Shown piece by piece: positions 30,856-39,975 of a stretch of 64,000 bases of DNA. How positions within the stretch are numbered: position 1 is the first letter of the stretch; every line of letters begins with the position of its first letter. Under the pieces are notes generated by a model. It did not search any database. It saw only the letters and a list, made by a program, of their open reading frames with translations, and was not told the origin of the DNA. A program made the translations under genes and the position numbers. Origin of the DNA: a virus; the UHGV virus genome UHGV-0038496. The stretch is one strand, 5' to 3'.

Positions 30856-31548
30856 TTAGCAATGTAGCCATTCAAGAGGCTCAGTAAGCTCCATTTTGTT
30901 ATGTTTTTCAAGATTCATTGCTGCTGGGATAAGCTGCCAGTTCATATGCCAGTGTAAACCACCTTTAGACAGTGGAATCATATGGTCTACGTGCCACTCT
31001 ATCCCAGTTTCTTCCTTACGGATTTCTGCAAGCTCAAACATCTCTTGCAGTACAAAATCATCAAAATCTGAATACCATTTTGGTATAGCGTGCCGTTTTA
31101 TCTCATTTCTGCGAATAGTTGCATTAAGAAACAAATGTTTATTTCGACGATAAGATGCTGCCCTGCGAGCTTTCATCTTCTCTGGGTTAGCCTTCTCCCT
31201 ACGCCTCCTGTTCTCACAGATTCTATCCTTGTTTTTAGCATAGCGTTGTTTATCGTACTCTCTTGCCTTTTCAACATCAGCAGCACGTTTCGCTTTGACC
31301 TTCTCTTTTATCTCTTCACCTTTCCTGGCATAATACTTTTTAGCACGTTGCTTGTGCTCTTCCAACAACTTCTCCCTATTATCAGCATAGTTCTGTCTGT
31401 CTTTCTCGCGGCTGCATTCCAAACATGCTCCGTTAACTGTTAATCTTTCACAAATGTGACCATGTTTGCAAGGCTTACCAGTAAAATAGCGCACCATTCC
31501 ACGTTCTTTAGCAATACTTCTTTGAATGATGTGTAAGTAAAGTTCCAT
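30856..31548 (-). CDS. Free-standing HNH endonuclease with N-terminal zinc ribbon
   Basis: 230 aa; CKHGH...CLEC zinc ribbon, Lys/Arg-rich coiled coil, C-terminal WHVDHMIPLSKGGLHWHMNWQLIPAAMNLEKHN HNH motif. Confidence 0.7.
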   Translation of the reverse strand: MELYLHIIQRSIAKERGMVRYFTGKPCKHGHICERLTVNGACLECSREKDRQNYADNREKLLEEHKQRAKKYYARKGEEIKEKVKAKRAADVEKAREYDKQRYAKNKDRICENRRRREKANPEKMKARRAASYRRNKHLFLNATIRRNEIKRHAIPKWYSDFDDFVLQEMFELAEIRKEETGIEWHVDHMIPLSKGGLHWHMNWQLIPAAMNLEKHNKMELTEPLEWLHC

Positions 31549-31590
31549 AACACCCCCTATCTCATTTCAAAGAAAGTATAACACAACTGA

Positions 31591-31630
31591 ATATAAAAAT
31601 AAAGCCCCAGACCCGAAAAGGTGTGGGGCT
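31591..31630 (-). terminator. Candidate terminator (minus strand)
   Basis: AGCCCCA...TGGGGCT stem followed by TTTATTTTTATATT on minus strand. Confidence 0.4.
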
Positions 31631-31652
31631 AGTAGTGGTGTAATTTTTAATT

Positions 31653-32504
31653 TTACGCTCTAAGAGCTGCTTCGAAATCTTTCATCATGTTGGCGAAAGT
31701 TTTATTTCGAGCTAAGCTCACACCGTATTGTTTAGCGAATGCTTCAAGAGCCACTTTAGAGCCACTCTTGTCTGCTTCGTCTTCTAAAGCAGCAGCTTGC
31801 TGTAGGATGGCATCGACGCTATCGGGAGCAGCTTCTTCCATACTCATTGTCATTATAGCTGGCTCCGCATCCTGTGATTCAGCAGGCGCTGGAGTTTCAG
31901 TTTCACCACTGTCTTCTACAGGCGGTTCAGGTTCTTTCGGTTGTTCCGGTTCTGGCTCAGGATCAGGCTCTGGCGCTGCTGTAGAGATCAGACCTAAATT
32001 TACAACCTGTGAACGTTTCTTAGGCCACCCAATGGTGAAAGTTTGGGTATCCGCTAAATAAACAATGTTGCATTGTTCATCGTTTATAGCCACTTTTTTA
32101 GGCATTCCAACAGGATCCCACAAATAACCTTCTGCCACGGAAACTTTGAAAGCAGCATCTACTTCTTTAAACACTGACGGGGTAAGTGTGATATGAGCAT
32201 CACCACTTTGCAGTGTTAAAGTGCTTTCATCAAGTTTCTCTGTGAAAAACAGAAGAACTGTACCCATACGGATGGTGGAGGCTTTCGTGTCGATTGGCAA
32301 TCCAGTTTGTTCTGCAATCTGTTCGAAGAAATCCACAATTGTTCTGCATGGGAAGTGTTTTTCACCAACAACAAATTCGGTTGGTGGTAATAACGCAGAC
32401 AGGCCTACATTGATTTCTGGATTGGCTTCTGCCAGAAATTCGTAGAAGTCTACCTGGTTATTGAAAATCCGTAATCTCGGATCATATTCAACTGGATAGA
32501 ACAC
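31653..32504 (-). CDS. Hypothetical head-associated protein with PEPEPE linker
   Basis: 283 aa; APEPDPEPEPEQPKEPEPP low-complexity linker. Confidence 0.45.
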   Translation of the reverse strand: MFYPVEYDPRLRIFNNQVDFYEFLAEANPEINVGLSALLPPTEFVVGEKHFPCRTIVDFFEQIAEQTGLPIDTKASTIRMGTVLLFFTEKLDESTLTLQSGDAHITLTPSVFKEVDAAFKVSVAEGYLWDPVGMPKKVAINDEQCNIVYLADTQTFTIGWPKKRSQVVNLGLISTAAPEPDPEPEPEQPKEPEPPVEDSGETETPAPAESQDAEPAIMTMSMEEAAPDSVDAILQQAAALEDEADKSGSKVALEAFAKQYGVSLARNKTFANMMKDFEAALRA

Positions 32505-32524
32505 AAGAGTCTCCTTATAGCCCT

Positions 32525-32559
32525 AAAACAAGAAAGGGGAGAGGGTCCCCCCTCCCCCC
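32525..32559 (-). terminator. Candidate terminator after major capsid gene (minus strand)
   Basis: G/C-rich imperfect hairpin GGGGAGAGGG/CCCCTCCCC plus T-rich tract on minus strand. Confidence 0.45.
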
Positions 32560-32585
32560 TTCGAGGTTAGTCACCGATGTGACGA

Positions 32586-33593
32586 TTATTCACCTGCAAG
32601 AGTGACTTTAACAACCAGTTCAGGACGGGTGTTAACAGCCAACATAGAGGTTTCAGACTCAACTTTTTCTTCACGCAGATAAGCGGAGTGTTTGTACCAC
32701 ATGTACAATTCTTGTGCCGGAGCATTTGCTTCTTGCAGGTCATCTGCCGGAGCAAAGTGCAGCTGGAACATAGAATCGACACCCATCGGTACTAAACGTG
32801 CTTCTTTTGCCGGGATGTTGCCGGAGATATCTTCGATGAAGGTCATACCTTTGTGTTCAAATACACGGTAGACTGAGTTTTCACCGCCAGCACCCAGACG
32901 GCGACGCAGAGGTTCCTGTTGAGAGCCGTAGTAGGTGTAAGCCAGTTCTACCAGCGGATGATGAACCAGTGCACTGAAGAATTCAGGAGAGCACAGGCAG
33001 ATAATGCGGTATGCACCAGCATTGTCACCAGCTTGCAGAGCAATGTGCAGACGGCCTTCTTCGATGACTTCCATCGGGTCCTGAGCAGCATCAGCCGGAT
33101 CGATTTCGATAGCTTTCTGTTCTACGCCCCACAAGGTGTAGTAGTTGTACTGGCAGGTTGCATCGCCAGGAGCATAGGATTGACCCATGATAGCAGCAAA
33201 CAGTGCTTTTTCACGCAGTGCTTCATGAGAAATACGAATGCGACGAACTACACGGGTTACAACGTCTTCTACAGTTTTCGGAGCATCCGGGCTGAAATAA
33301 CGACGGAAGTTCTGAACGTCAGCAGCAGTGATACCTTTGTCGAGAGGGAAAAAAGGTATGTTCAAATTTTTAATCTGTGCACGTTCACTTCCGACGTAGT
33401 TTCTTTCGCCACCACGACGACGAGCAGGAATATCTGCTACAACTTCGTCAACGCGTTCGATTTGTGCGATGGTAGAAGTACCCAGGTGGGTTTCAAAAAG
33501 GTTCATGCCAGTGATCAGACGGAATTGGCGTGGAACCAGTTCAAGAGTTGCACCCAGGTCAACAATACCAAAATCATCTTTACGAGTGATCAT
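32586..33593 (-). CDS. Major capsid protein
   Basis: 335 aa; position between scaffold-like gene and head-completion genes, strong terminator downstream; HK97-fold MCP-like composition; no family recognised by eye. Confidence 0.7.
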   Translation of the reverse strand: MITRKDDFGIVDLGATLELVPRQFRLITGMNLFETHLGTSTIAQIERVDEVVADIPARRRGGERNYVGSERAQIKNLNIPFFPLDKGITAADVQNFRRYFSPDAPKTVEDVVTRVVRRIRISHEALREKALFAAIMGQSYAPGDATCQYNYYTLWGVEQKAIEIDPADAAQDPMEVIEEGRLHIALQAGDNAGAYRIICLCSPEFFSALVHHPLVELAYTYYGSQQEPLRRRLGAGGENSVYRVFEHKGMTFIEDISGNIPAKEARLVPMGVDSMFQLHFAPADDLQEANAPAQELYMWYKHSAYLREEKVESETSMLAVNTRPELVVKVTLAGE

Positions 33594-33616
33594 TATTTTC
33601 TCCAGTATCAGTAAAA

Positions 33617-33994
33617 TTATTCTTGAACTTTGTTACCACGAGCTTCAAGAGCTTCTAAAACAGCTTTAGGAGCTTGTACACCGCCAGCGATAACCAGATG
33701 TTCTTTTGCAAAGGTAACGCCGCGAACAGCAACAACTAGTTTATATTTTTGACCAACAGTCAGCGGTTCAGCGAGGTTTACACGACCGCAGTCATCAGGC
33801 AGTAAAGCACGGTCTACCAGAACACCGAATGCATCAGAGCCATTTGCGTTAGCCAGAGCACCAGTAGCGGTAACTACAGCACCTGCTACATGGTCAGCAG
33901 TCAGTTGGATTTCGATTTCTTTAAAGTTGAAGCCAGCATCGCTTGCATCTACTTTGCCGAGCACGATATCAGAATATTGAGTGGTGATCATCAT
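33617..33994 (-). CDS. Hypothetical head protein (possible decoration protein)
   Basis: 125 aa Gly/Ala/Val-rich ORF immediately upstream of MCP. Confidence 0.4.
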   Translation of the reverse strand: MMITTQYSDIVLGKVDASDAGFNFKEIEIQLTADHVAGAVVTATGALANANGSDAFGVLVDRALLPDDCGRVNLAEPLTVGQKYKLVVAVRGVTFAKEHLVIAGGVQAPKAVLEALEARGNKVQE

Positions 33995-34006
33995 TTTCCC
34001 CTTGAA

Positions 34007-35062
34007 TTATTTGTTAGCTTTTGCAGCGAGAGCTTTCGCTACGTTTTCTGCAAGGATTTCTTCTGCGGATTTTTGAACATCATCCACAGTAGGTTCGCCG
34101 TCTTTACCGTGTTCGGCGGTTGCGAATTCTTCTTTGGTTTTTTCGACTTCGGTTTCAAGTTCAGCAATACGTGCCTGAGCTTTTTCAAGAAGTGCGACAA
34201 CTGCTTCATTAGCTTTTTCTAACATGAAGTCAACCAGCATTTCGTGATCTTCTTCAGTTACAAAGCTAAAAGATTTAGCTTTTTCAAGCATTTCTGCTTT
34301 TTTGAGTTCAACCTGAGCTTTGATGATTGCATCGGCTTCTGCTTGTTTAGCCTGCAATTCTTCAAATTGTTTCAACAGGTCAATGTACTCTTGAGATTTA
34401 GTTACATCTTCCACCGTATTCCCCTCGATATTTGCGGGTTCATTGTTATCAGTATTATCTGGGGTGTTTTCTGGAACTTCTTCCACAGAGTCAACTGGAA
34501 CTACTTCTTCAGGTACAGGTTCCGGTTTCGGCTCTGGTTGAGGTTCAGGTTCCACCACAGGTTCTACTGGGTCTTCGACCGCTTTAATAAGGTTCCCTTC
34601 TGCATCGAAGAGATCAGCGGTTACTTCCTCGAACTTCTGCTGTGCTTTCAGAAGCTCATATTGTTCGACTAAAGTAAGGTCTTTACCTTCCTGAGCAGCT
34701 TTGTGGAGCGTGACAGTGGAGTTTTCTTCTTCCAGCCATTCACGAACCATTTCAGCGTCGGCTTGCGCCCAATCATTGTCTGGGTGTTCTCTAGCGAAGG
34801 CTTCCTCTTCGATTTCAAACCCCAGTAGTGCAGCTAATTTTTTAGCATCATAGGACCACAAACCGAAGAATCTCATGAGGTATTCTTCAAAACTAAGATC
34901 CACCGTGACTTGACGCAGAGCTTTGACGATATCATCCGTCAGTTGTTCTGGTTCAAGATCACTTTTCATCAGCAAAGAGATTGGGCGTTTATTAGCACTG
35001 AAGCCTTGTGCTTCATGGCACAGTGCAATGCCTTTCTCTTGAATTTTGATGGTGTCTGCCAT
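34007..35062 (-). CDS. Scaffolding protein (putative)
   Basis: 351 aa, strongly acidic, coiled-coil, EPEPQPEPKPEPVPEE linker; between portal and capsid genes. Confidence 0.5.
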   Translation of the reverse strand: MADTIKIQEKGIALCHEAQGFSANKRPISLLMKSDLEPEQLTDDIVKALRQVTVDLSFEEYLMRFFGLWSYDAKKLAALLGFEIEEEAFAREHPDNDWAQADAEMVREWLEEENSTVTLHKAAQEGKDLTLVEQYELLKAQQKFEEVTADLFDAEGNLIKAVEDPVEPVVEPEPQPEPKPEPVPEEVVPVDSVEEVPENTPDNTDNNEPANIEGNTVEDVTKSQEYIDLLKQFEELQAKQAEADAIIKAQVELKKAEMLEKAKSFSFVTEEDHEMLVDFMLEKANEAVVALLEKAQARIAELETEVEKTKEEFATAEHGKDGEPTVDDVQKSAEEILAENVAKALAAKANK

Positions 35063-35490
35063 TATTCATCGCCCTCTTCATTTTCCACGATTGTGGCCCC
35101 GAAATTGATATCTGTAATCTCACCTGTCTCTTCGTCAACATGACCTGTGCACTGGATGCTTAAGCCACCGACAATGCCAGCTTTCTTAGCTTCCCACAAG
35201 GCTTCGTTGTTGTATTTGACTTTGGCGACCCATGAGCCAGCCTTGATAGGCTGTCCCGTTTCTGCAACAATCACATCGAATTCTTCCTGAATCCAGGTTT
35301 TTTCGATAGTGAATGCGTTGGTGGAGGTGAGATGGAAAAGGTTTTCTCTGGCGATGCCAGCGGCGTATGCCATATCCCAGCTCTCTTTCGCTTTGCGAAG
35401 AGTTTCTTCGGTCATCCATTCGCCGTGAGCATCTTTGGTGTTTGGTTCGTAGATGATCTCGTACGAAATCATCTCTTCAGTTGTAGACAT
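35062..35490 (-). CDS. Hypothetical head-morphogenesis protein
   Basis: 142 aa ORF between portal and scaffold. Confidence 0.4.
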   Translation of the reverse strand: MSTTEEMISYEIIYEPNTKDAHGEWMTEETLRKAKESWDMAYAAGIARENLFHLTSTNAFTIEKTWIQEEFDVIVAETGQPIKAGSWVAKVKYNNEALWEAKKAGIVGGLSIQCTGHVDEETGEITDINFGATIVENEEGDE

Positions 35491-35556
35491 TTTTACCTCA
35501 TGTAAACTATTCTACCACACTGCAAATTAAAATGCAACCCTGTTTATGAAAATTTT

Positions 35557-37116
35557 TTAATTTTCCATATTTGATACAGAATTATCGCGTGTGGATGACA
35601 TTCTGGACGTGCCATTACCGTTGGTCCCCGCTGCCATACCGTCACCTGACCGACTTACATTCTGACCCAGTATTTGCATTAACTCTTCATTATCAATATC
35701 CTCTTCGACACGGTAGTCAAAACCACCAACTTCAAGGATTTTATTGATAACGCCTGGAGTTTTAGGCAGATAACCAACTGCACCGATACGCTGTACGAAT
35801 TTGGAGAACTCTTCCATGTCAACTTTTTCAGTCAACCCTGGTTTGAGTTTCGGCATATCCTCGTTGGAGAGGTAGATACCGTTCAGCGCCAGCATCTGAG
35901 GAATGAAGTCTTTGTTGAAAGCCTCAACAATAATGTCAATATCACGGTTAACGAAGTGACCATGTAAGGACTGTTTGGACTCAGACAACGAATAAGAACC
36001 AACGTTGTCGTTACCCAAGTTAATGAAACCAGCACCAAATCTATCAAGGATAGCTTTCTTACGTGCATCAACAAGATCTTTGGTGGAGTATTGTTTACCA
36101 GCACCATTGATCCCTTTCAGGTCCATAGAATACTGTTCTTTACCTGATTTATCACGATCCGATGGGAGAATAAAGAAACTCTGTTCACCGGAGTGGGCAT
36201 TTGCAGCATCTGCCATCAGGTTAGCAACCATCTGACCTTCCATAGAGGTGGGGTCGATACTTGCTTTATTCAGAATGTTGGATGGTATTTTCAGCTCAAG
36301 TACACCACCAAGGTCTTTAGAGCAACCAACCACTTCGAGGTTTTCAATCAGCACTTTCTCACGGAAGGATCTGTAACAACCGATCATGGGTGAAACACCT
36401 GCCGGATTGGACTCTGTACCGGAGAGAGTCATGATCATGATTTTCTTAGCAGGAATGAAAATTTCTTCCCCATTGAAGTCTGCCGGGGCAGAAAGCAGTG
36501 GGCCAGCGTATTTACCTTTCTTAGCTCCAGAGAACGCTGCGGGGTCCTGCCATATACCTTCAAGTTTGCGACTGTTTTTATCAAACTGGAACGGGTTACT
36601 GCGGGACAGGCTCGCTTGAGGCCTGAATGCAAACTTGTCGATAACTAATTTACCAGCGTACTCACCTTCCTGTTCACGACGGTAAACTTTCTCAAATACT
36701 GAGAAGCCGTATTCGTTAAAAGTGGCTGCACTTCTTGCGATATCGCGGAGTGTTTGCTGGTTAGCGAGATTACGCAAAGCATAATCAATAAAGGCTGCTG
36801 CTTTCTTAGATTCTTCACTCTCTTCGTTGCAGAGAATTTTGAAATCGTTGAAGGCTTTGGTGATCAGTACGTATTTAGAATCCAGAGCGGTAGCTACTGT
36901 TGAGTCGCATTTCATCGTCTCTACGGTAGCAATAAGGTTGGGCCAACGCAATTCCTCAACCATCATCTGCTGAGATTCAAATTGGATCTGAGCCAGTGCA
37001 CCGGAACCAATCTCTCCCAGACGAACATTATGCACCTGGGCATCTTGATTTCCAGCTTTTTTCACAGCCCTTACTTTGGCTGCTGCGTTGTTTTTCCTAC
37101 GGCTTTTCTTGGACAC
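35557..37116 (-). CDS. Portal protein
   Basis: 519 aa with GTG start and GAGGGT Shine-Dalgarno; directly downstream of terminase; size and position typical. Confidence 0.7.
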   Translation of the reverse strand: MSKKSRRKNNAAAKVRAVKKAGNQDAQVHNVRLGEIGSGALAQIQFESQQMMVEELRWPNLIATVETMKCDSTVATALDSKYVLITKAFNDFKILCNEESEESKKAAAFIDYALRNLANQQTLRDIARSAATFNEYGFSVFEKVYRREQEGEYAGKLVIDKFAFRPQASLSRSNPFQFDKNSRKLEGIWQDPAAFSGAKKGKYAGPLLSAPADFNGEEIFIPAKKIMIMTLSGTESNPAGVSPMIGCYRSFREKVLIENLEVVGCSKDLGGVLELKIPSNILNKASIDPTSMEGQMVANLMADAANAHSGEQSFFILPSDRDKSGKEQYSMDLKGINGAGKQYSTKDLVDARKKAILDRFGAGFINLGNDNVGSYSLSESKQSLHGHFVNRDIDIIVEAFNKDFIPQMLALNGIYLSNEDMPKLKPGLTEKVDMEEFSKFVQRIGAVGYLPKTPGVINKILEVGGFDYRVEEDIDNEELMQILGQNVSRSGDGMAAGTNGNGTSRMSSTRDNSVSNMEN

Positions 37117-37134
37117 AAGATTACCCTCAAGTTA

Positions 37135-37164
37135 GACAAAAGAAATAGCCCTCCGAAGAGGGCT
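37135..37164 (-). terminator. Candidate terminator/attenuator between terminase and portal (minus strand)
   Basis: AGCCCTC-TTCGG-AGGGCT hairpin followed by ATTTCTTTTG. Confidence 0.4.
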
Positions 37165-37216
37165 TAGTTATGCTCTATAGATTATTGTAACACATTCATC
37201 TAAAATTGGCAACTAC

Positions 37217-38002
37217 TTAAATCATCCTCTTATACATAGAGGGTGAAACAATCTTCGGAATAACACATGGCATCGCAACTTCCTCTTTTTCAAGGTAGTT
37301 GATTGCAGAAGCAATGGAGTCGGCCCAGTCATCTTTACGGCTAAAGGTTGACCGTTCGCCGTTGAATTTCTCCAGCTCTGTCAAAAATGCTTCCAGTGTA
37401 TCAGGGTCGAAACTTGACCTGACAAGCCGAACCATACCCTGTTGGGCAAGGTTGGCAAACGGTGAGAAACGGGTGAGTTTTGATTTGTTAGACGGCATTG
37501 GGTCTTCTTCCACCCTGAAACCTCCAGCAAGGAGTTTGCGGGATGAAGTAAGAAACTCACTCTTACCTGCCTGACCGGGGTCCACAGAGAAGACAATCAC
37601 ACAATCTTCACCATCAAACTCTGCCTGTTTCCTGATAATAACATCGCGTTCACCAGCTTTCTTGCAGAACTTACCGCTCAAGCCTGTGGAATACCTGCCA
37701 TCATCTACGTTTTCAGGACAATAGTCACCAGAGATGTAGTAGTAACCATCGCTATCCTTGCTGACTTTGATACTGGCTGTATAGTCGGGGAATTTGTTGC
37801 CAGAGGTACGTTCTGTACCAGCTTTATCCCACGCTCTTACAGAAACTGCTCCTAGGGGGACATGATCCGCATCTTTCAAGAATGTGCGACTGAAATAGTT
37901 TGCGCCTTCCGGTTTAGCGAACCAGTTACCATAGAGAAGTTGTGCTTTTTCCAGTTCTGGCAGACCTTCTAGGAATGCAAGATATTCTGGGTTATCACGC
38001 AA
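37217..38002 (-). CDS. Terminase large subunit, 3' exon (nuclease domain)
   Basis: 261 aa beginning LRDNPEYL; upstream frame closed by TGA a few codons earlier, so this is not a complete gene; intron core immediately upstream. Confidence 0.75.
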   Translation of the reverse strand: MRDNPEYLAFLEGLPELEKAQLLYGNWFAKPEGANYFSRTFLKDADHVPLGAVSVRAWDKAGTERTSGNKFPDYTASIKVSKDSDGYYYISGDYCPENVDDGRYSTGLSGKFCKKAGERDVIIRKQAEFDGEDCVIVFSVDPGQAGKSEFLTSSRKLLAGGFRVEEDPMPSNKSKLTRFSPFANLAQQGMVRLVRSSFDPDTLEAFLTELEKFNGERSTFSRKDDWADSIASAINYLEKEEVAMPCVIPKIVSPSMYKRMI

Positions 38003-39009
38003 GCAGATAGGGTTATCGTGTCCTGGTGTTCAGGGCCGGACGCAACTCCGACCCCCGTTGGTTCCATCCACCGCATCCATGCTCGGCTGCATGTTACCAT
38101 GCAGAGCAGACTATATCACGATCCTGTTTCTCACAGGACCCTTCGCTTTTCGAGCACCATCAGCTTGTGCCCTACTCCCTTTCGGGATAGTCGTTGAACT
38201 ACAATTACCAATCATAATTGTTTGAAATGTAAGTATAAGTTTTCCTTTCCTTGATACTTTTCACTGTACGGTGAGAAACCCCCCACAATCTTGCCACCGC
38301 ACCAACGGATAAGCCTTTTTGTAAATCTTCGCAGATACCAATCACCTTGTGCTCACTTATTCTGTTAGCTGAAGGTATTTCCCTAAAGTGAAACTCCGCA
38401 GAGATATCTGGGTATACTGATCCATTCTTTATACCACTTACAAGGGTTTGATTGACACCGAACATCTGACAGATATCTTTTACCCTTGCACCTTGCTCTA
38501 ATAGCCTGCATATTTCAAGGGCAGTGGCATCATCCAAATACCTGTATTTATTTACATAATCTTTTTTAAGTCCAGTTTCATGGGCGTGGTGTGTGTTTTC
38601 CTCTGGGGTTGTCCACTCAAGGTTCCATGCGGCGTTATTCAACTTATTACCGTCCAAGTGATTTACTTGGGTTTTCACGCTAGGATTATCATTATCAACA
38701 AAAACCTCAGCAACAACTCTGTGAACAAGCACTTGGAACTTTTTGCCGTCCTCACACAGGGAAACCACAGCATAGCCTGTCTTTTTATGCGTAACAGGTT
38801 GAAGGAATTTATTAGAATACAAACTATAAATTCTGCCATCATATGTCACGCAATAGTGTGGGTAACCTAAAAATCCTAAATTCTTCATTTCAAACACTCC
38901 CTACTACAGTTTCGGAAGAATAATTATAGCTGCTGATTATCTGAAAGTCAATCAGATTTTCCAGCAATTAACGAAGTTATTCGACGTGCATTACTGCACG
39001 AAGCCACTA
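38003..39009 (-). mobile_element. Group I intron C in terminase gene, carrying HNH ORF (approximate boundaries)
   Basis: 3' part (38003-38204) contains AACGACTATCC...GATATAGTCTGCTCTGCATGGTAACATGCAGCCGAGCATGGATGCGGTGGATGGAACCAACGGGGGT, about 50/51 nt identical to nrdD intron 2. Confidence 0.6.
38205..38897 (-). CDS. Intron-encoded HNH homing endonuclease (NUMOD-like N-terminus)
   Basis: 230 aa; QVLVHRVVAEVFV, VNHLDGNKLNNAAWNLEW HNH motif; C-terminal helix-turn-helix-like region. Confidence 0.8.
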   Translation of the reverse strand: MFEMKNLGFLGYPHYCVTYDGRIYSLYSNKFLQPVTHKKTGYAVVSLCEDGKKFQVLVHRVVAEVFVDNDNPSVKTQVNHLDGNKLNNAAWNLEWTTPEENTHHAHETGLKKDYVNKYRYLDDATALEICRLLEQGARVKDICQMFGVNQTLVSGIKNGSVYPDISAEFHFREIPSANRISEHKVIGICEDLQKGLSVGAVARLWGVSHRTVKSIKERKTYTYISNNYDW

Positions 39010-39327
39010 CAGATTAATGGTTGCACCAATAAAGGCGATAGAGAGGGGTTTTGGAACTATCTCAACACCTTTACCGTTAACATACGTGTACTTCTCGATC
39101 AACTCTTCTGGCGTATCGCCGAAGATAAATTCCCCATCCCTACGGATGAAATAACGCTTAACGCCACACTTACTTTCATCGGGGTAGCCTTCGTCATCAA
39201 GCCACCAACGAACAAGTTTGGCTAAATAATGTTCAGAATCGGGGTTACAGCTGATCACCATTCGCGAAGAGTATTTTGATTTCGACCTCATACGGGAAAT
39301 CAGGTAGTCGATTTGCTCCCATTCGAA
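39010..39327 (-). CDS. Terminase large subunit, internal exon (approximate boundaries)
   Basis: Frame FEWEQIDYLISRMRSKSKYSSRMVISCNPDSEHY...IVPKPLSIAFIGATI; ISCNP resembles ATPase motif III; ends just before a DNP-type motif that continues in the 3' exon. Confidence 0.55.
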
Positions 39328-39684
39328 CTGAGTCGTTTGTGTTCAGGCAAGGTCGCTAATCTTGCCCCGCCACCATGTGGCAGCTGCATGTCTCCATGCA
39401 GACCAGACTATATCTTATAAGCGGTAACAACCGCCTATCCTCCCGTTTCGGCAGTCTTAAAAGACTGTGGGTTTCCCCAGCCGCTTGGCCCTAACGCCCG
39501 TAAGCGATAGTCGTTGAGCACACATCCTATCAGGATGCTTCGCTGCGGATTATCTAAATCAACACACTATTACCATACCTTCGGTCTTTCTCCAAAGCCA
39601 ATATTATGTTACCATAATAGATTGGTGGTGTCAATAGTAAAGATTTCCCCGCAATTAGGGAGGTTTTACGAGAGCTACCAACTA
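39328..39684 (-). mobile_element. Group I intron B in terminase gene, ORF-less (approximate boundaries)
   Basis: Contains CAACGACTATCG...GATATAGTCTGGTCTGCATGGAGACATGCAGCTGCC...CCTGAACAC core elements (minus-strand sense). Confidence 0.5.
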
Positions 39685-39735
39685 ACCCTCGTCAAAGCAT
39701 ATTAAAGTATATTCCACTTTTGTCCCGCCGGATCG
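39685..39735 (-). CDS. Terminase large subunit mini-exon encoding Walker B motif (approximate boundaries)
   Basis: Minus-strand frame ...TKVEYTLICFDEG then TAG; LICFDE fits the hhhhDE Walker B consensus at the expected distance (about 100 aa) after the Walker A in the 5' exon. Confidence 0.5.
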
Positions 39736-39975
39736 CTACTCCGACGCGGTGTGCTAAGACACCCGCCACATATTACCATGTGGAACAGACTATCTCTTCC
39801 ATCCTTGGCGTGCCGTTTGGATCACCAATCGCTTGTGATTCTACTCCCCTACACTCATCGGGGATAGTCGTTACACTCGGTTTCAATTAATCCTTTAACC
39901 GTAGCTCGGTATTGTCCTTTTGTCAAGGAGTTTCACCGAATTAGGCACGAAGGGCAGGTTTGTTTACCCTTGATG
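39736..39975 (-). mobile_element. Group I intron A in terminase gene, ORF-less (approximate boundaries)
   Basis: Contains GTAACGACTATCCCC...GAGATAGTCTGTTCCACATGGTAATATGTGGCGGGTGTCTTAGCACACC core, paralogous to the tape measure intron. Confidence 0.45.
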
